A stretch of DNA of 59,211 nucleotides, taken from the NCBI RefSeq assembly GCF_017656495.1, contig NZ_JACDNS010000012.1, forward strand, positions 1-59,211, written 5' to 3'. Shown here piece after piece: positions 41,789 through 50,644 of this stretch. The stretch's first letter is position 1; the number at the start of each line of letters is the position of its first letter. The notes below the pieces were generated by a model that searched no databases, was not told where the DNA came from, and saw only the letters and a list, made by a program, of their open reading frames with translations. Source of the DNA: Thermococcus sp. GTDB lineage: Archaea > Methanobacteriota_B > Thermococci > Thermococcales > Thermococcaceae. Made by a program: the position numbers and the translations under genes.

Positions 41789-43033
41789 TCAAATTCCTTC
41801 TTTCTCCGCTTCTGATGTCAAGATAATGCTTTCATATCTGACAAAGTAGTATAAAGTAACCCCGAATCCAGCGAGCCATGAGATAATCATCAGCTGATAT
41901 GGCTGAAGGATCTCTAAGAGAACTCCGACAATTGCCATTCCTATTGGAGTCGTTCCCATTGCAAGCATTTCAAATACTGAGAACACCCTTCCCCTAAGCT
42001 CACTCGGCACCATCTTCTGCAGTTTTGCCGAAATCGGGACATTCACGAGAGCATTCAAGATTCCTAATAAAACATCAATAGCTACAAATGCTATAAAGAG
42101 ATACGATACTTCCAGGCTTATGAATGGTGAGCACAGCAGAGTTATTACTAAGAACAAAGTTAGCTCCATGAACAGAGCTTTGAACAGCAACATCTCTGCC
42201 CTGTTGCCGAGCTTTGTCATTATTAGAGCATTTCCAAGCAGCATGCCCACCATTATAGCGGTTTCCAATGCACCGAACTGCTGAGCTGAGAAGCCAATTT
42301 GAATCCTGAAGACGTAGGGCAAAACGACGGCTCCAATTGGGTTGAAGAGGAAGTTGATGAGCAGGGCATAGCTCATTAAAATCATTAAAGCCTTTTTTGT
42401 TTTGATGAATCTCAATCCCTCCAGCAAATCTTCTTTGATTTCACTTATACCCTTCAGTTCTTTTGTTTTCCATTCATAATGGATGAACATCTCAAATAGT
42501 CCAGAGCCAAAGAATGAGACTGCGTTTATTAAGAGCGCTAACCTTATGCCTCCAAAAGCGTAGATAATGCCACCTAGGAGTGGCCCAGCTATCCTTGCTA
42601 TTATGCCAAGAGTTTGAACCGTTGATGTAGCTCTCGTAAGCTCATCTTTTTCAACCAGATCAGCAAACATGGCGCCTGTCGCCGAGGCAAAGAAAGCCCC
42701 CATTATGCTCATCAAGATCTGCACAACTAAGAGTGTCTTGAGATTAAGCAGTCCAAAAGCTATTACTCCAAAGAGCAGAATACCTCTCGCTATGTCGAGC
42801 CACACCATAAGGACTTTTCTGTTGTATCTATCGCCCACAACGCCCGCAATTGGTGATAGGACCAAGCGAGGAACCAGCTCGGCTATGAGGAAGATGCTCA
42901 TCATTGCACCGCTTTTCGTTACATCAAGGACGTAGAGGGGCAATGCTACATCTTGAACCGCCCAGCCGAGCTGTGAAATGAATCTTCCTATGGCGTAGAG
43001 CCAGAAGTTCTTCCCAAGGTTGAGCATCTCCAC
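41789..43033 (-). CDS. MFS transporter
   Basis: 12 TM segments, with GVVGDRYNRK in loop 2-3 matching the MFS signature. Confidence 0.65.
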   Translation of the reverse strand: MEMLNLGKNFWLYAIGRFISQLGWAVQDVALPLYVLDVTKSGAMMSIFLIAELVPRLVLSPIAGVVGDRYNRKVLMVWLDIARGILLFGVIAFGLLNLKTLLVVQILMSIMGAFFASATGAMFADLVEKDELTRATSTVQTLGIIARIAGPLLGGIIYAFGGIRLALLINAVSFFGSGLFEMFIHYEWKTKELKGISEIKEDLLEGLRFIKTKKALMILMSYALLINFLFNPIGAVVLPYVFRIQIGFSAQQFGALETAIMVGMLLGNALIMTKLGNRAEMLLFKALFMELTLFLVITLLCSPFISLEVSYLFIAFVAIDVLLGILNALVNVPISAKLQKMVPSELRGRVFSVFEMLAMGTTPIGMAIVGVLLEILQPYQLMIISWLAGFGVTLYYFVRYESIILTSEAEKEGI

Positions 43034-43075
43034 TAACCCCTTTGGATTTTTCCAAAAATTTAGAAGGAAAACATA

Positions 43076-43663
43076 TCAGATAAGCTCAATCGTTATCGAG
43101 CCATTTACCGTGCTTACATTCACCTCGTATTCACCCGTGCCTATGGTGTCGGTATCAATCATGCGAACGCTTCCGTTGACGGTGCCTATCACAGCATTGC
43201 CTTCAAGCTCCTCTATCGTGAGCCTTATTGGTCCGTTTACAGTGTTCGCCTTTAGGGATTCTGCCCTGCTCAAGGATGCCTTGATTCCACCGTTGACCGT
43301 TGATATAATACCAGCCATGCACTTCTCCAATATTATTCTCCCGTTAACGGAATTAGCGAGCTTAAATTCGACTTCTCTACCTTCTATTGTGCCGTTCACG
43401 TTTGTGGCGCTTACGACAGCCCCTTTTGGAACCTTAACCCTAATCTCCGCCCAGCCATTTGAAGATTTCTCAAATATTCCCAAGATTTTCTTCTTTTTGG
43501 GCTCCTCTTTGATGATGAGCTCGTCTCCAAGCTCTTCAACTTCAACGTTAACTTCGCCATGAGTGATGTACTCCACCTCAGCACAGCTCTCATCCCATCC
43601 TTCAACTGCTATGGTGCCGTTTTCTATGTTTACCCTAACCTTTCCAACGCTTTCAAATATCAC
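43076..43663 (-). CDS. DUF4097-like beta-helical (putative adhesin fold) protein
   Basis: Repeated VNG.I/TVNGSI strands. GTG start with GGGGTGAG RBS. Confidence 0.5.
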   Translation of the reverse strand: MIFESVGKVRVNIENGTIAVEGWDESCAEVEYITHGEVNVEVEELGDELIIKEEPKKKKILGIFEKSSNGWAEIRVKVPKGAVVSATNVNGTIEGREVEFKLANSVNGRIILEKCMAGIISTVNGGIKASLSRAESLKANTVNGPIRLTIEELEGNAVIGTVNGSVRMIDTDTIGTGEYEVNVSTVNGSITIELI

Positions 43664-43669
43664 AATTTC

Positions 43670-44968
43670 TCACCCCAGATACTGCATCAGCTCGTCTAAG
43701 AGCTCTTTTACACGTTTGTTCAGCTTTACTTTGTCTATTCCCAAACCTTCAATAAGCTCGGTGCTCTGCTCTTCCACAATCTCTTTTGCTTTCTCAAGAA
43801 CTAATTTGTAAGCTTGGGAGCTTTCGATGGAGTAACTCTTCTCGCCGACCCTAATTCTAACCTTTCCTTCTCTAGCCGAAATAACGACATCTTCAATGCG
43901 TATCTTGGCTCTACCCCTTCCTACGGTTATTGAAATCTCACCGGAGCGAAGTGAGACGTAATCCGTTCCCAAAGCCAAACTTTCATTTCCGCTCCTGTAT
44001 ACGACCCTCCCATCGCTAACCTCTATGGAGTAATCCTCTGTCTGAACTTTCAGCCTGTCTCCAACTTTCGTAAGCTGGAAGCCGTTGGTAAGCTCTTTTA
44101 TGGTGAGCATCTCACTTGATGGTTTATCTGGATGTCCCTCACGAATTCTAATTGGACCTATTCTGACCTCCTCACCGCTCGGCGTTTCTATAACCTCGAT
44201 GAACGGCAGCTTCACATATTCGAAGCCTTCGCCCTCGTAAACCTTTATGAAGCCAAGGTCCACCACAGTATCGCTCTTGTTCTTCTTGTAGAGCCTGTCG
44301 GGATTTATTAGCTCATTTACCCGCTCTACGAATGCTGGATCAGAGGAAGTTCTCTTACCGGCTATGTTAACAGAGGTCCAAATTGCAACTGGAGAGATGA
44401 GTCTCTTTCTAATCTCGCCTAGCGGTGTCTTTGCTATGACTTCAATATCCCCATCTATTATCCATCCAGCCTTTTTCTTTCCAAACTTTATTGGATATGC
44501 CTTACCGTCACCTTGAACTTTTACATCACCAAAGTTAGCTCCTTTAAATTCGTAGGCTTTTCCTTCAACCTTTAACTCAAATCTCTCCTTGCTGAACTTT
44601 GCTGTTAGGACTCCAGCTATCGCCAGAACAACAGCATAAGCAAATGCAGTTCCAGCGTAACCGCTTAGCTTAGGTGACATTCCAAGCCACTTCCCGAAGA
44701 ACAGGAAGATACTTGTCCAGAACGATGCCTTCGCTAAAGCAAATATGATGCCGCTGGGGGTCACTCCCAGCCATTTACCGACACTTAACAGCTCAAAGGC
44801 AAAAATTAAGCCTATTATTGCGTAGACCATGTAATCACTATAAGGGGTTAGCTTGAGAGGTCCCTTTAGGAGCCAGAGGATTAGCATTAATGCCGTTAGC
44901 GTTTTTAAATATTCAGCAAGTTTGAATCGCAAGCTTTTTTCCTCAAAAATACTATAATCCCACTTCAT
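43670..44968 (-). CDS. membrane protein with 4-5 N-terminal TM helices and a C-terminal DUF4097-like beta-rich domain
   Basis: Hydrophobic N-terminal 140 aa. The C-terminal repeats (SIEVSDGRVVYRSGNESLALGTDYVSLRSGEISITV) resemble the downstream gene. Its start overlaps the arsR stop (ATGA). Confidence 0.5.
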   Translation of the reverse strand: MKWDYSIFEEKSLRFKLAEYLKTLTALMLILWLLKGPLKLTPYSDYMVYAIIGLIFAFELLSVGKWLGVTPSGIIFALAKASFWTSIFLFFGKWLGMSPKLSGYAGTAFAYAVVLAIAGVLTAKFSKERFELKVEGKAYEFKGANFGDVKVQGDGKAYPIKFGKKKAGWIIDGDIEVIAKTPLGEIRKRLISPVAIWTSVNIAGKRTSSDPAFVERVNELINPDRLYKKNKSDTVVDLGFIKVYEGEGFEYVKLPFIEVIETPSGEEVRIGPIRIREGHPDKPSSEMLTIKELTNGFQLTKVGDRLKVQTEDYSIEVSDGRVVYRSGNESLALGTDYVSLRSGEISITVGRGRAKIRIEDVVISAREGKVRIRVGEKSYSIESSQAYKLVLEKAKEIVEEQSTELIEGLGIDKVKLNKRVKELLDELMQYLG

Positions 44969-45381
44969 TCTTCCACCTCCCCCAAAGCAGAGATAATTTC
45001 AAGCAAGCGTAAAAGCAAGCGACCATTTTCGGTAATCTCATACATTTCAACACTCCTCACCATTCCAGTTTTTTTGAGGAGCTTGAGATGGTGAGAAACG
45101 GTTGGACTCTCAACTCCCAAGGCGTCTTTAATCTCCTTGAAAGACATAGGTCTCTTCGAGAGCATCTTGAGAATCTTAATTCTATCTGGATTAGCAAGGC
45201 TTTTGAGAATCTTTGCGGCTTTCTCTTCATTCAGCTCCAAGCCCCCAGTTTCAAGCTTCTTCCTTAGACGCATCTTAATGGATAGCATTATCTCATCTAC
45301 TGGGTCTATGCTTTCCTCAAGCACCTCCAACCTTTTCTTAAGTTCTTCAAGTTGTCTCTTCAAGTCCTCCATTTTCATCAC
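44965..45381 (-). CDS. ArsR-family winged-HTH transcription regulator with N-terminal coiled coil
   Basis: LANPDRIKILKMLSKRPMSFKEIKDALGVESPTVSHHLKLLKKTGMV is a canonical ArsR/SmtB HTH. It is the first gene of a three-gene operon. Confidence 0.65.
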   Translation of the reverse strand: MMKMEDLKRQLEELKKRLEVLEESIDPVDEIMLSIKMRLRKKLETGGLELNEEKAAKILKSLANPDRIKILKMLSKRPMSFKEIKDALGVESPTVSHHLKLLKKTGMVRSVEMYEITENGRLLLRLLEIISALGEVEE

Positions 45382-45395
45382 GATACAAAGTTTTG

Positions 45396-45415
45396 TAGTA
45401 CACTTTTCTGTACTA
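45396..45415. promoter_or_regulatory. inverted repeat TAGTACA-N6-TGTACTA between the TATA box and the arsR start, candidate autoregulatory operator
   Basis: Perfect 7-bp arms. TATATAAAAA lies about 20 bp distal. Confidence 0.45.
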
Positions 45416-45518
45416 AAATTGAGTGTTTAGTATATAAAAATTTATCGATTAAGATTGAACACATCACTTTTGAGCACTGACACCAAAAAGATTTTAATGC
45501 TCAAATTGAGTCCAGAGC

Positions 45519-46399
45519 ATGAACATTCCAGAAATGCTCTCTTTGATGACAGTTAGATTTTTGCTGAAAAGGATAATTAAATCACGGAAACCTTTTTCTG
45601 TGGTTAGATTTCTAGCCAGCGACATTCTTCTAGCATTTTATGTGTTCTCAAATGTTGCTTCGAAGAACTTGGCATATTTAATGGAGATTAGGACTGTTTT
45701 CATTTATGTGTTTCTGGTGATTAGCATTTCCTTTATTGGCGCATACCTCTATGGCATCAGATTGAAAGACGAAAAATGGAGGGCTGCTTTAATAATCCTC
45801 TCAATATATCCAAATACCGTCGCCTTAGGATTTCCAATAGCGAGCTTATTTTTGGGTGATTTGACTCCAGCAATTATTTATGCAAGCACAAATACCCTCA
45901 TAGTTCTGCCAATTTCAAGCTTCATAGCTGCTCACTACTCAGGTGGCAGTGCTTCATTGAGGGAAACAATCAAAAGAGCATTGAAATTTCCCCTGTAAGT
46001 GCGAATTTACTCGCATTAGTCTTCGTTATTGGAGGAATAAAACTTCCCTCCCAATTCATTGATATCTTCCATAAAATCGGATGGTGGAGCATTCCGCTGA
46101 TTTTGATTTATTTTGGATCCATGATAAACCTGAGAAAGTTTGAAGTGAGAAAACTAGCTGAAGTTGCAGCTTTTAGGATGTTCCTGCCTTTTATCTTTGT
46201 CTCTCTAACTCTCAAAGCTCCGGAAGAGATATTTTGGGCAGTTCTCATTGAAGCATCAATGCCTCCGGCTATTGTTGCCAATGTTATCCTAGCTCAGTAC
46301 AGACTTAAAGAGGAAGAGGCTATTGGGGTAACTATCGTGCTGACGCTTTTAGCTATCATGTTATTCTCTATACTGAGAGCTTTTGCTAAACTCCAATGA
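45519..46399 (+). pseudogene. auxin-efflux-carrier (AEC) family transporter gene disrupted by a frameshift
   Basis: Two ORFs (45519-45998, frame 0; 46103-46399, frame 2) together span about 300 aa of AEC-like membrane protein. Frame 2 stays open backwards from 46103 to at least 45971 and encodes AEC-like sequence (ALVFVIGGIKLPSQFIDIFHKIGWWSIPLILIYFGS). This implies a single frameshift near 45960-45998. Confidence 0.5.
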
Positions 46400-46689
46400 T
46401 AGCTATAATAGGTCAGCTTTTCGAACATCTATATTTGAGCAAAGGTTGATAAACAAACTTCTAAAAGACTCGTGACTACTATTAGTACATAGTTCCAACC
46501 AATTCCGAAAAATTTTCAAAAAGAGACTGAAAATTGTAGAATTTCTTGAAATTTTTACAGAATATTGCCATATTTTAGATGAATATTTTGTCTGTTTAGA
46601 CGATTATGGAAAAAAAGCAAATAAATGTAAAGTGACTTAAGAGAAAAGTAAGATTGCACTATAATGAGTACGAATCGAAAACCATCACA

Positions 46690-46736
46690 AACCAAGAAGA
46701 GAGGAGCTCAGATAGGAACTCACTCTCTTCTTGGTT
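46690..46736. other. stable hairpin (14-bp perfect stem ACCAAGAAGAGAG/CTCTCTTCTTGGT, 19-nt loop) in a 380-bp gene-free AT-rich region
   Basis: The complementarity can be read directly from the sequence. Confidence 0.5.
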
Positions 46737-46780
46737 GTGTTATATAAATTAAAAAAGTACAGATTTGGATGGTGTGATGT

Positions 46781-47194
46781 ATGGGATTTTTGAACAAACT
46801 GAAAGATGCGGCAAGCAAAATGGTTAGGCAACTCAAGCATGTTGAAGTTGAGCTTACAGCGGAAGAACTTGTACAAAAGTGGGACAGACTGAAGTTCTAC
46901 AGGCCGGAAGTGTTTGTAGATGAAAGATACAGCAAATATTGGGCAGAAATTAATAGAGTCATCGAAAAGGAAGTCGAAGTTGGATTATTCCACAAATCCA
47001 AAAAAACGGTTGTTGAGATCGAATACACGCATATCTATGAAGAATATGAATATGAATATGAGGAAGAGGAAGGATGGTGGGAGGAGCGTAGGGAAATTGG
47101 AACATTGACCTTAAGTCCTAAAGACAAGGTAAAGATTCGCCTAACCGAGGCAAAATATGAAGAAATGCTTCAGAAGGAGGGGAAAGTGTTATAG
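46781..47194 (+). CDS. hypothetical acidic protein (137 aa) with a Glu/Tyr-rich stretch
   Basis: ATG ORF. TTATATAAATT TATA box lies about 36 bp upstream. Confidence 0.4.
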   Translation: MGFLNKLKDAASKMVRQLKHVEVELTAEELVQKWDRLKFYRPEVFVDERYSKYWAEINRVIEKEVEVGLFHKSKKTVVEIEYTHIYEEYEYEYEEEEGWWEERREIGTLTLSPKDKVKIRLTEAKYEEMLQKEGKVL

Positions 47195-47369
47195 GAGATC
47201 GATTGATATGAAAAGAGAGGCATTGCTACTACCGGTCCTACTTTTTCTTTCATTCCCCTTTCAGTTCCAGGTGCATACATTAACACAGATGATTCGATAG
47301 AGTATTAAGAGGTGTTAGTACCGTATCAAGCAATATGGAGAGATTAAAATATATCCTGGGGGTTTGGGA

Positions 47370-47954
47370 GTGAAAAGAGAAAAAACTCTCTTTTTGATAG
47401 TTCTGCTTGGAATTGTTTTAGTTGTTAGTGGATGTACCCAAAACGGCATACCCACTGAAACACAAAAAACACAGGCTCGTGAAAGTACAATCCAGCAGAC
47501 TACAACACAAACATCTCCAACACAAACATCAAGTGAAGTACAGATCAAAAAAGGTGTTGAAACCGTCAGTATATTTAATCAAACTTATGCAGTGAACATG
47601 TCCCTAATACCTCCTGCATATCAGAAATGCCTCCAAAAAGCCCCTGAAGTTATCAGAGCATATTACGAAGCTGTGAAAAATGAGCAACCGGTCTTGGACT
47701 ATTTTGACTTGAGAATAGTGGATAATGAGTCCCTCGTTGAACTTCATAATGCCCTCTATCAAGCAGTTGATTTTTCAAAGCTTGAGATAAGCGATCCAGA
47801 ATGTGTTATGGCAAATACAGAACTTGTTGCGTGTAAATACCACTACTCCGCAGAGATAACAAAAGATGGGGAAAGCAAGAGCATTGAAAGAAACTACATA
47901 ACATTTCTGTCATCAGATGAATGCAAGATAATCTGGACGGAGGAGGAAAAATGA
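47370..47954 (+). CDS. lipoprotein (lipobox VVSGC) with Thr/Gln-rich linker
   Basis: Signal peptide plus Cys. GTG start proposed after a GGGGG/GGGAG tract. Its stop overlaps the next start (ATGA). Confidence 0.45.
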   Translation: MKREKTLFLIVLLGIVLVVSGCTQNGIPTETQKTQARESTIQQTTTQTSPTQTSSEVQIKKGVETVSIFNQTYAVNMSLIPPAYQKCLQKAPEVIRAYYEAVKNEQPVLDYFDLRIVDNESLVELHNALYQAVDFSKLEISDPECVMANTELVACKYHYSAEITKDGESKSIERNYITFLSSDECKIIWTEEEK

Positions 47955-50602
47955 GAAAAGTTGTCTTTTTGCTCTTTTTAATACTGCTAACCTCAACACT
48001 AAACGTAACTACAAACGCAACTGCTCAGAATCAGAGCATGTACATAGACACTGACGGAGACGGCCTTACTGACCGGGACGAGGTAAACGTTTACAACACC
48101 CATCCGGGCCTGTTCGACACGGACGGCGATGGTCTCGGAGACGGGGAGGAGGTTCTGCTGGGGACTAATCCCTTGGTTAAAGACACGGACGTTGACGGCC
48201 TGTGGGATGGAGAGGAAATAGCTATTGGAACGAGCCCCTTACTCAAGGACACCGACGGGGACGGTCTTACCGATTACGCCGAGGTCGTTTACATTCCGGA
48301 GAAATACAATCTAACTCCTCCAAATCCCCTCGATCCGGACACCGACGACGATGGCATGAGCGATGGTATGGAGTGGGAAAGGTGGCACGTCACTTTTAAG
48401 TTTCCAGAAGGTTACCTAAACCCAGACAAAGACGGGGACGGCATCAGAGATGGAGCAGAAGTGTACACCTTTACGTGGAACGGTGAGCTGTACACGTACT
48501 ACTGCGATGTAACACCTGACTGCGACATGGACATGCTATCCGATGCGGAAGAGCTAGAGCTGGGAACGTCTCCGGTTTACCACGACACCGATGGTGACGG
48601 CCTGCTGGATATTCTTGAGCTCAGGTTCGGATCGAGCCCCTTCAAAAAGGACACAGACGGAGATGGACTTTCAGATTTTGAAGAGGTGTTTCCCCTTCTG
48701 GCCTATGAGTACAAGCTCACGGAGGATATAAGTTCAATCGTCGGCAGAGAGCCACCGGAGTGGTGGGACGAATCCTGGAAGGGCCTGTTCATAGGACCCT
48801 TGAACACCACCTATATCTGCGTTCCCACGATGGAGGAGCTGGAGCAGGCCCTTGAGCTTAACCGATACCCGATGGACGTGGTGAGGAAGTACATTAGAAC
48901 GGGCCTCCACAGCTACCTCAGCAACGTTTACACGCAGGACTACGCGGAGCGCTATAGGAAAGGGGACGTATACAGCGACAACGCCGTGTGCTACCTCGGT
49001 ATCCCCACAGACCCCACCAAGTATGATACTGACGGCGACGGTCTGAGCGACTACGAGGAGCTGAATTATCATCTATCGTGCACTGATCCAGGATGCTACC
49101 TAGAAGTGAGCTGGCTCATGCTTGACCCAAACGACCCTGACTCGGACGGGGACGGGATAATAGACTCGCTGGACATAGTTCCCGTAAACTATGATATAGA
49201 CGGGGACAAGCTAATTGAGCAGGATACCTGTGCGTACTTCACGGATTGCGACGGTGACGGGTTATACGACTACTGGGAGCACCTCCTGAAAACAGACCCC
49301 AAGAACCCCGATACCGACGGAGATGGTCTGACCGATTACGAAGAGGCCGGAAGCGTTTGGTCCAACCTTGATGAAAACGGAACACCGCACTGGATTTACA
49401 GCGACCCGCTCAACCCCGACACCGACGGGGACGGCTTCACTGACTTCGAGGAGCACGAGGGTTGCCTTTCGTGGTGGGACTGCGTCGTGAACCCCGACCT
49501 CCATCCCAACGCAAAACCCAACGTCCAAAAGCCGGAATACAACAAAACAGAGGAGATAGAAGTTCCGCCTAGGAAGACATGGTTTTACAACGCTACTGTA
49601 AAGATAAACGGCAGAAAACTCGATTCGTCCATCGTCTTGTTGGAGACCGACAGCTTCTCCATCGAGGTTGAGGCGTCCCCACTGAAAGTCGTTATGGGCA
49701 ACAAAACGATTGAGAAGCCCGTTCAGAAGATATACCTATTGTCCCAAAAGCTCGGAAACTTTGAGGTTCAGGGGGATACTTTCTCCAAAACCTTCACCCT
49801 TGAGAACTTCACTGAGATAGGCATCGAGTTCTTGAACATCCACATTAGGGTGGATTACGGAAACTTCTTCGCCGACTTGAATTACGACTTAACCTTCAAG
49901 TACAAGGCCCTCCCAGAGGTTAAGCTCGATGAATCAACGTGGGATGAAAACCTCGACGTTGGAAAGCTCGTCTTTGAATGCCGCTTCTGCAAAAACGCCA
50001 CTATTATAGTGCCCGGGGCACTCGTCAATGGAAAGAAAAAGAGAGTCATTGAACTGGGAAGAACCACCCCGCTGAAGTATATTTATGCGAGAATAATCCC
50101 CCACCGCTACACCATAGCAAGTGAAAGCGATGTTGGAACGATTTACACGAAGTACGAGAACAGTGTGGAAGTTCTTAAGACTGGTAAAGACATCGGTCTT
50201 CTAACTGCCAAAGCCGTCGAAGCCAAGAGCCTGGGTTCAAAGATTATCTACGGCATGGTGGCAACGGCAAAGGGAATAAAAACCATAATTGGTGGAGTCG
50301 AAGCCTTCATTCCAGAGGACGAAAATGCCGAGGTTGAAAAGCCTGAAGGTGTTGATACTCCAACATCAGCGAAGTTCGATAAAGAGGCATTTAAGAAAGG
50401 ACTTCTCAACTGGATAAAAGAAAAGCTCATCGATGCGACTTTTGATTATGTAACACAAAAGGCTGTTGAGTATGCCGATGCCAAGGAGCTTGAAGCAAGA
50501 AGACATAAAACCACTTATCACGTGACGGTTAAAGCATGCAACGATTTTGGCTGTAAAGTATACAGCTTCACAGTGGAGGGATATGCATATGACTTTGACT
50601 GA
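47951..50602 (+). CDS. large secreted calcium-binding protein with numerous thrombospondin type-3-like D.DGDG repeats
   Basis: Signal peptide MRKVVFLLFLILLTSTLNV. There are more than 15 DTDGDGLTD/DSDGDGIID repeats. GGAGGAGG RBS present. The body is high-GC. Confidence 0.7.
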   Translation: MRKVVFLLFLILLTSTLNVTTNATAQNQSMYIDTDGDGLTDRDEVNVYNTHPGLFDTDGDGLGDGEEVLLGTNPLVKDTDVDGLWDGEEIAIGTSPLLKDTDGDGLTDYAEVVYIPEKYNLTPPNPLDPDTDDDGMSDGMEWERWHVTFKFPEGYLNPDKDGDGIRDGAEVYTFTWNGELYTYYCDVTPDCDMDMLSDAEELELGTSPVYHDTDGDGLLDILELRFGSSPFKKDTDGDGLSDFEEVFPLLAYEYKLTEDISSIVGREPPEWWDESWKGLFIGPLNTTYICVPTMEELEQALELNRYPMDVVRKYIRTGLHSYLSNVYTQDYAERYRKGDVYSDNAVCYLGIPTDPTKYDTDGDGLSDYEELNYHLSCTDPGCYLEVSWLMLDPNDPDSDGDGIIDSLDIVPVNYDIDGDKLIEQDTCAYFTDCDGDGLYDYWEHLLKTDPKNPDTDGDGLTDYEEAGSVWSNLDENGTPHWIYSDPLNPDTDGDGFTDFEEHEGCLSWWDCVVNPDLHPNAKPNVQKPEYNKTEEIEVPPRKTWFYNATVKINGRKLDSSIVLLETDSFSIEVEASPLKVVMGNKTIEKPVQKIYLLSQKLGNFEVQGDTFSKTFTLENFTEIGIEFLNIHIRVDYGNFFADLNYDLTFKYKALPEVKLDESTWDENLDVGKLVFECRFCKNATIIVPGALVNGKKKRVIELGRTTPLKYIYARIIPHRYTIASESDVGTIYTKYENSVEVLKTGKDIGLLTAKAVEAKSLGSKIIYGMVATAKGIKTIIGGVEAFIPEDENAEVEKPEGVDTPTSAKFDKEAFKKGLLNWIKEKLIDATFDYVTQKAVEYADAKELEARRHKTTYHVTVKACNDFGCKVYSFTVEGYAYDFD

Positions 50603-50644
50603 GCTTTCTTTTCTTTGCTTGTCCATACTTTGGAGGTGGAATAG

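Noticed and set aside
47225-47315. A small signal-peptide-like ORF (MKREALLLPVLLFLSFPFQFQ...) lies in the intergenic region before the lipoprotein gene.
   Set aside because: It is only about 30 codons. It has no RBS or promoter and is probably fortuitous.
48202-50430. Multiple ORFs on both strands (48202-48399, 48734-49072, 49262-49528, 49882-50067, 50248-50430, 50366-50794) lie inside the TSP3-repeat gene.
   Set aside because: High GC removes stop codons in alternative frames. All overlap the well-supported repeat protein.
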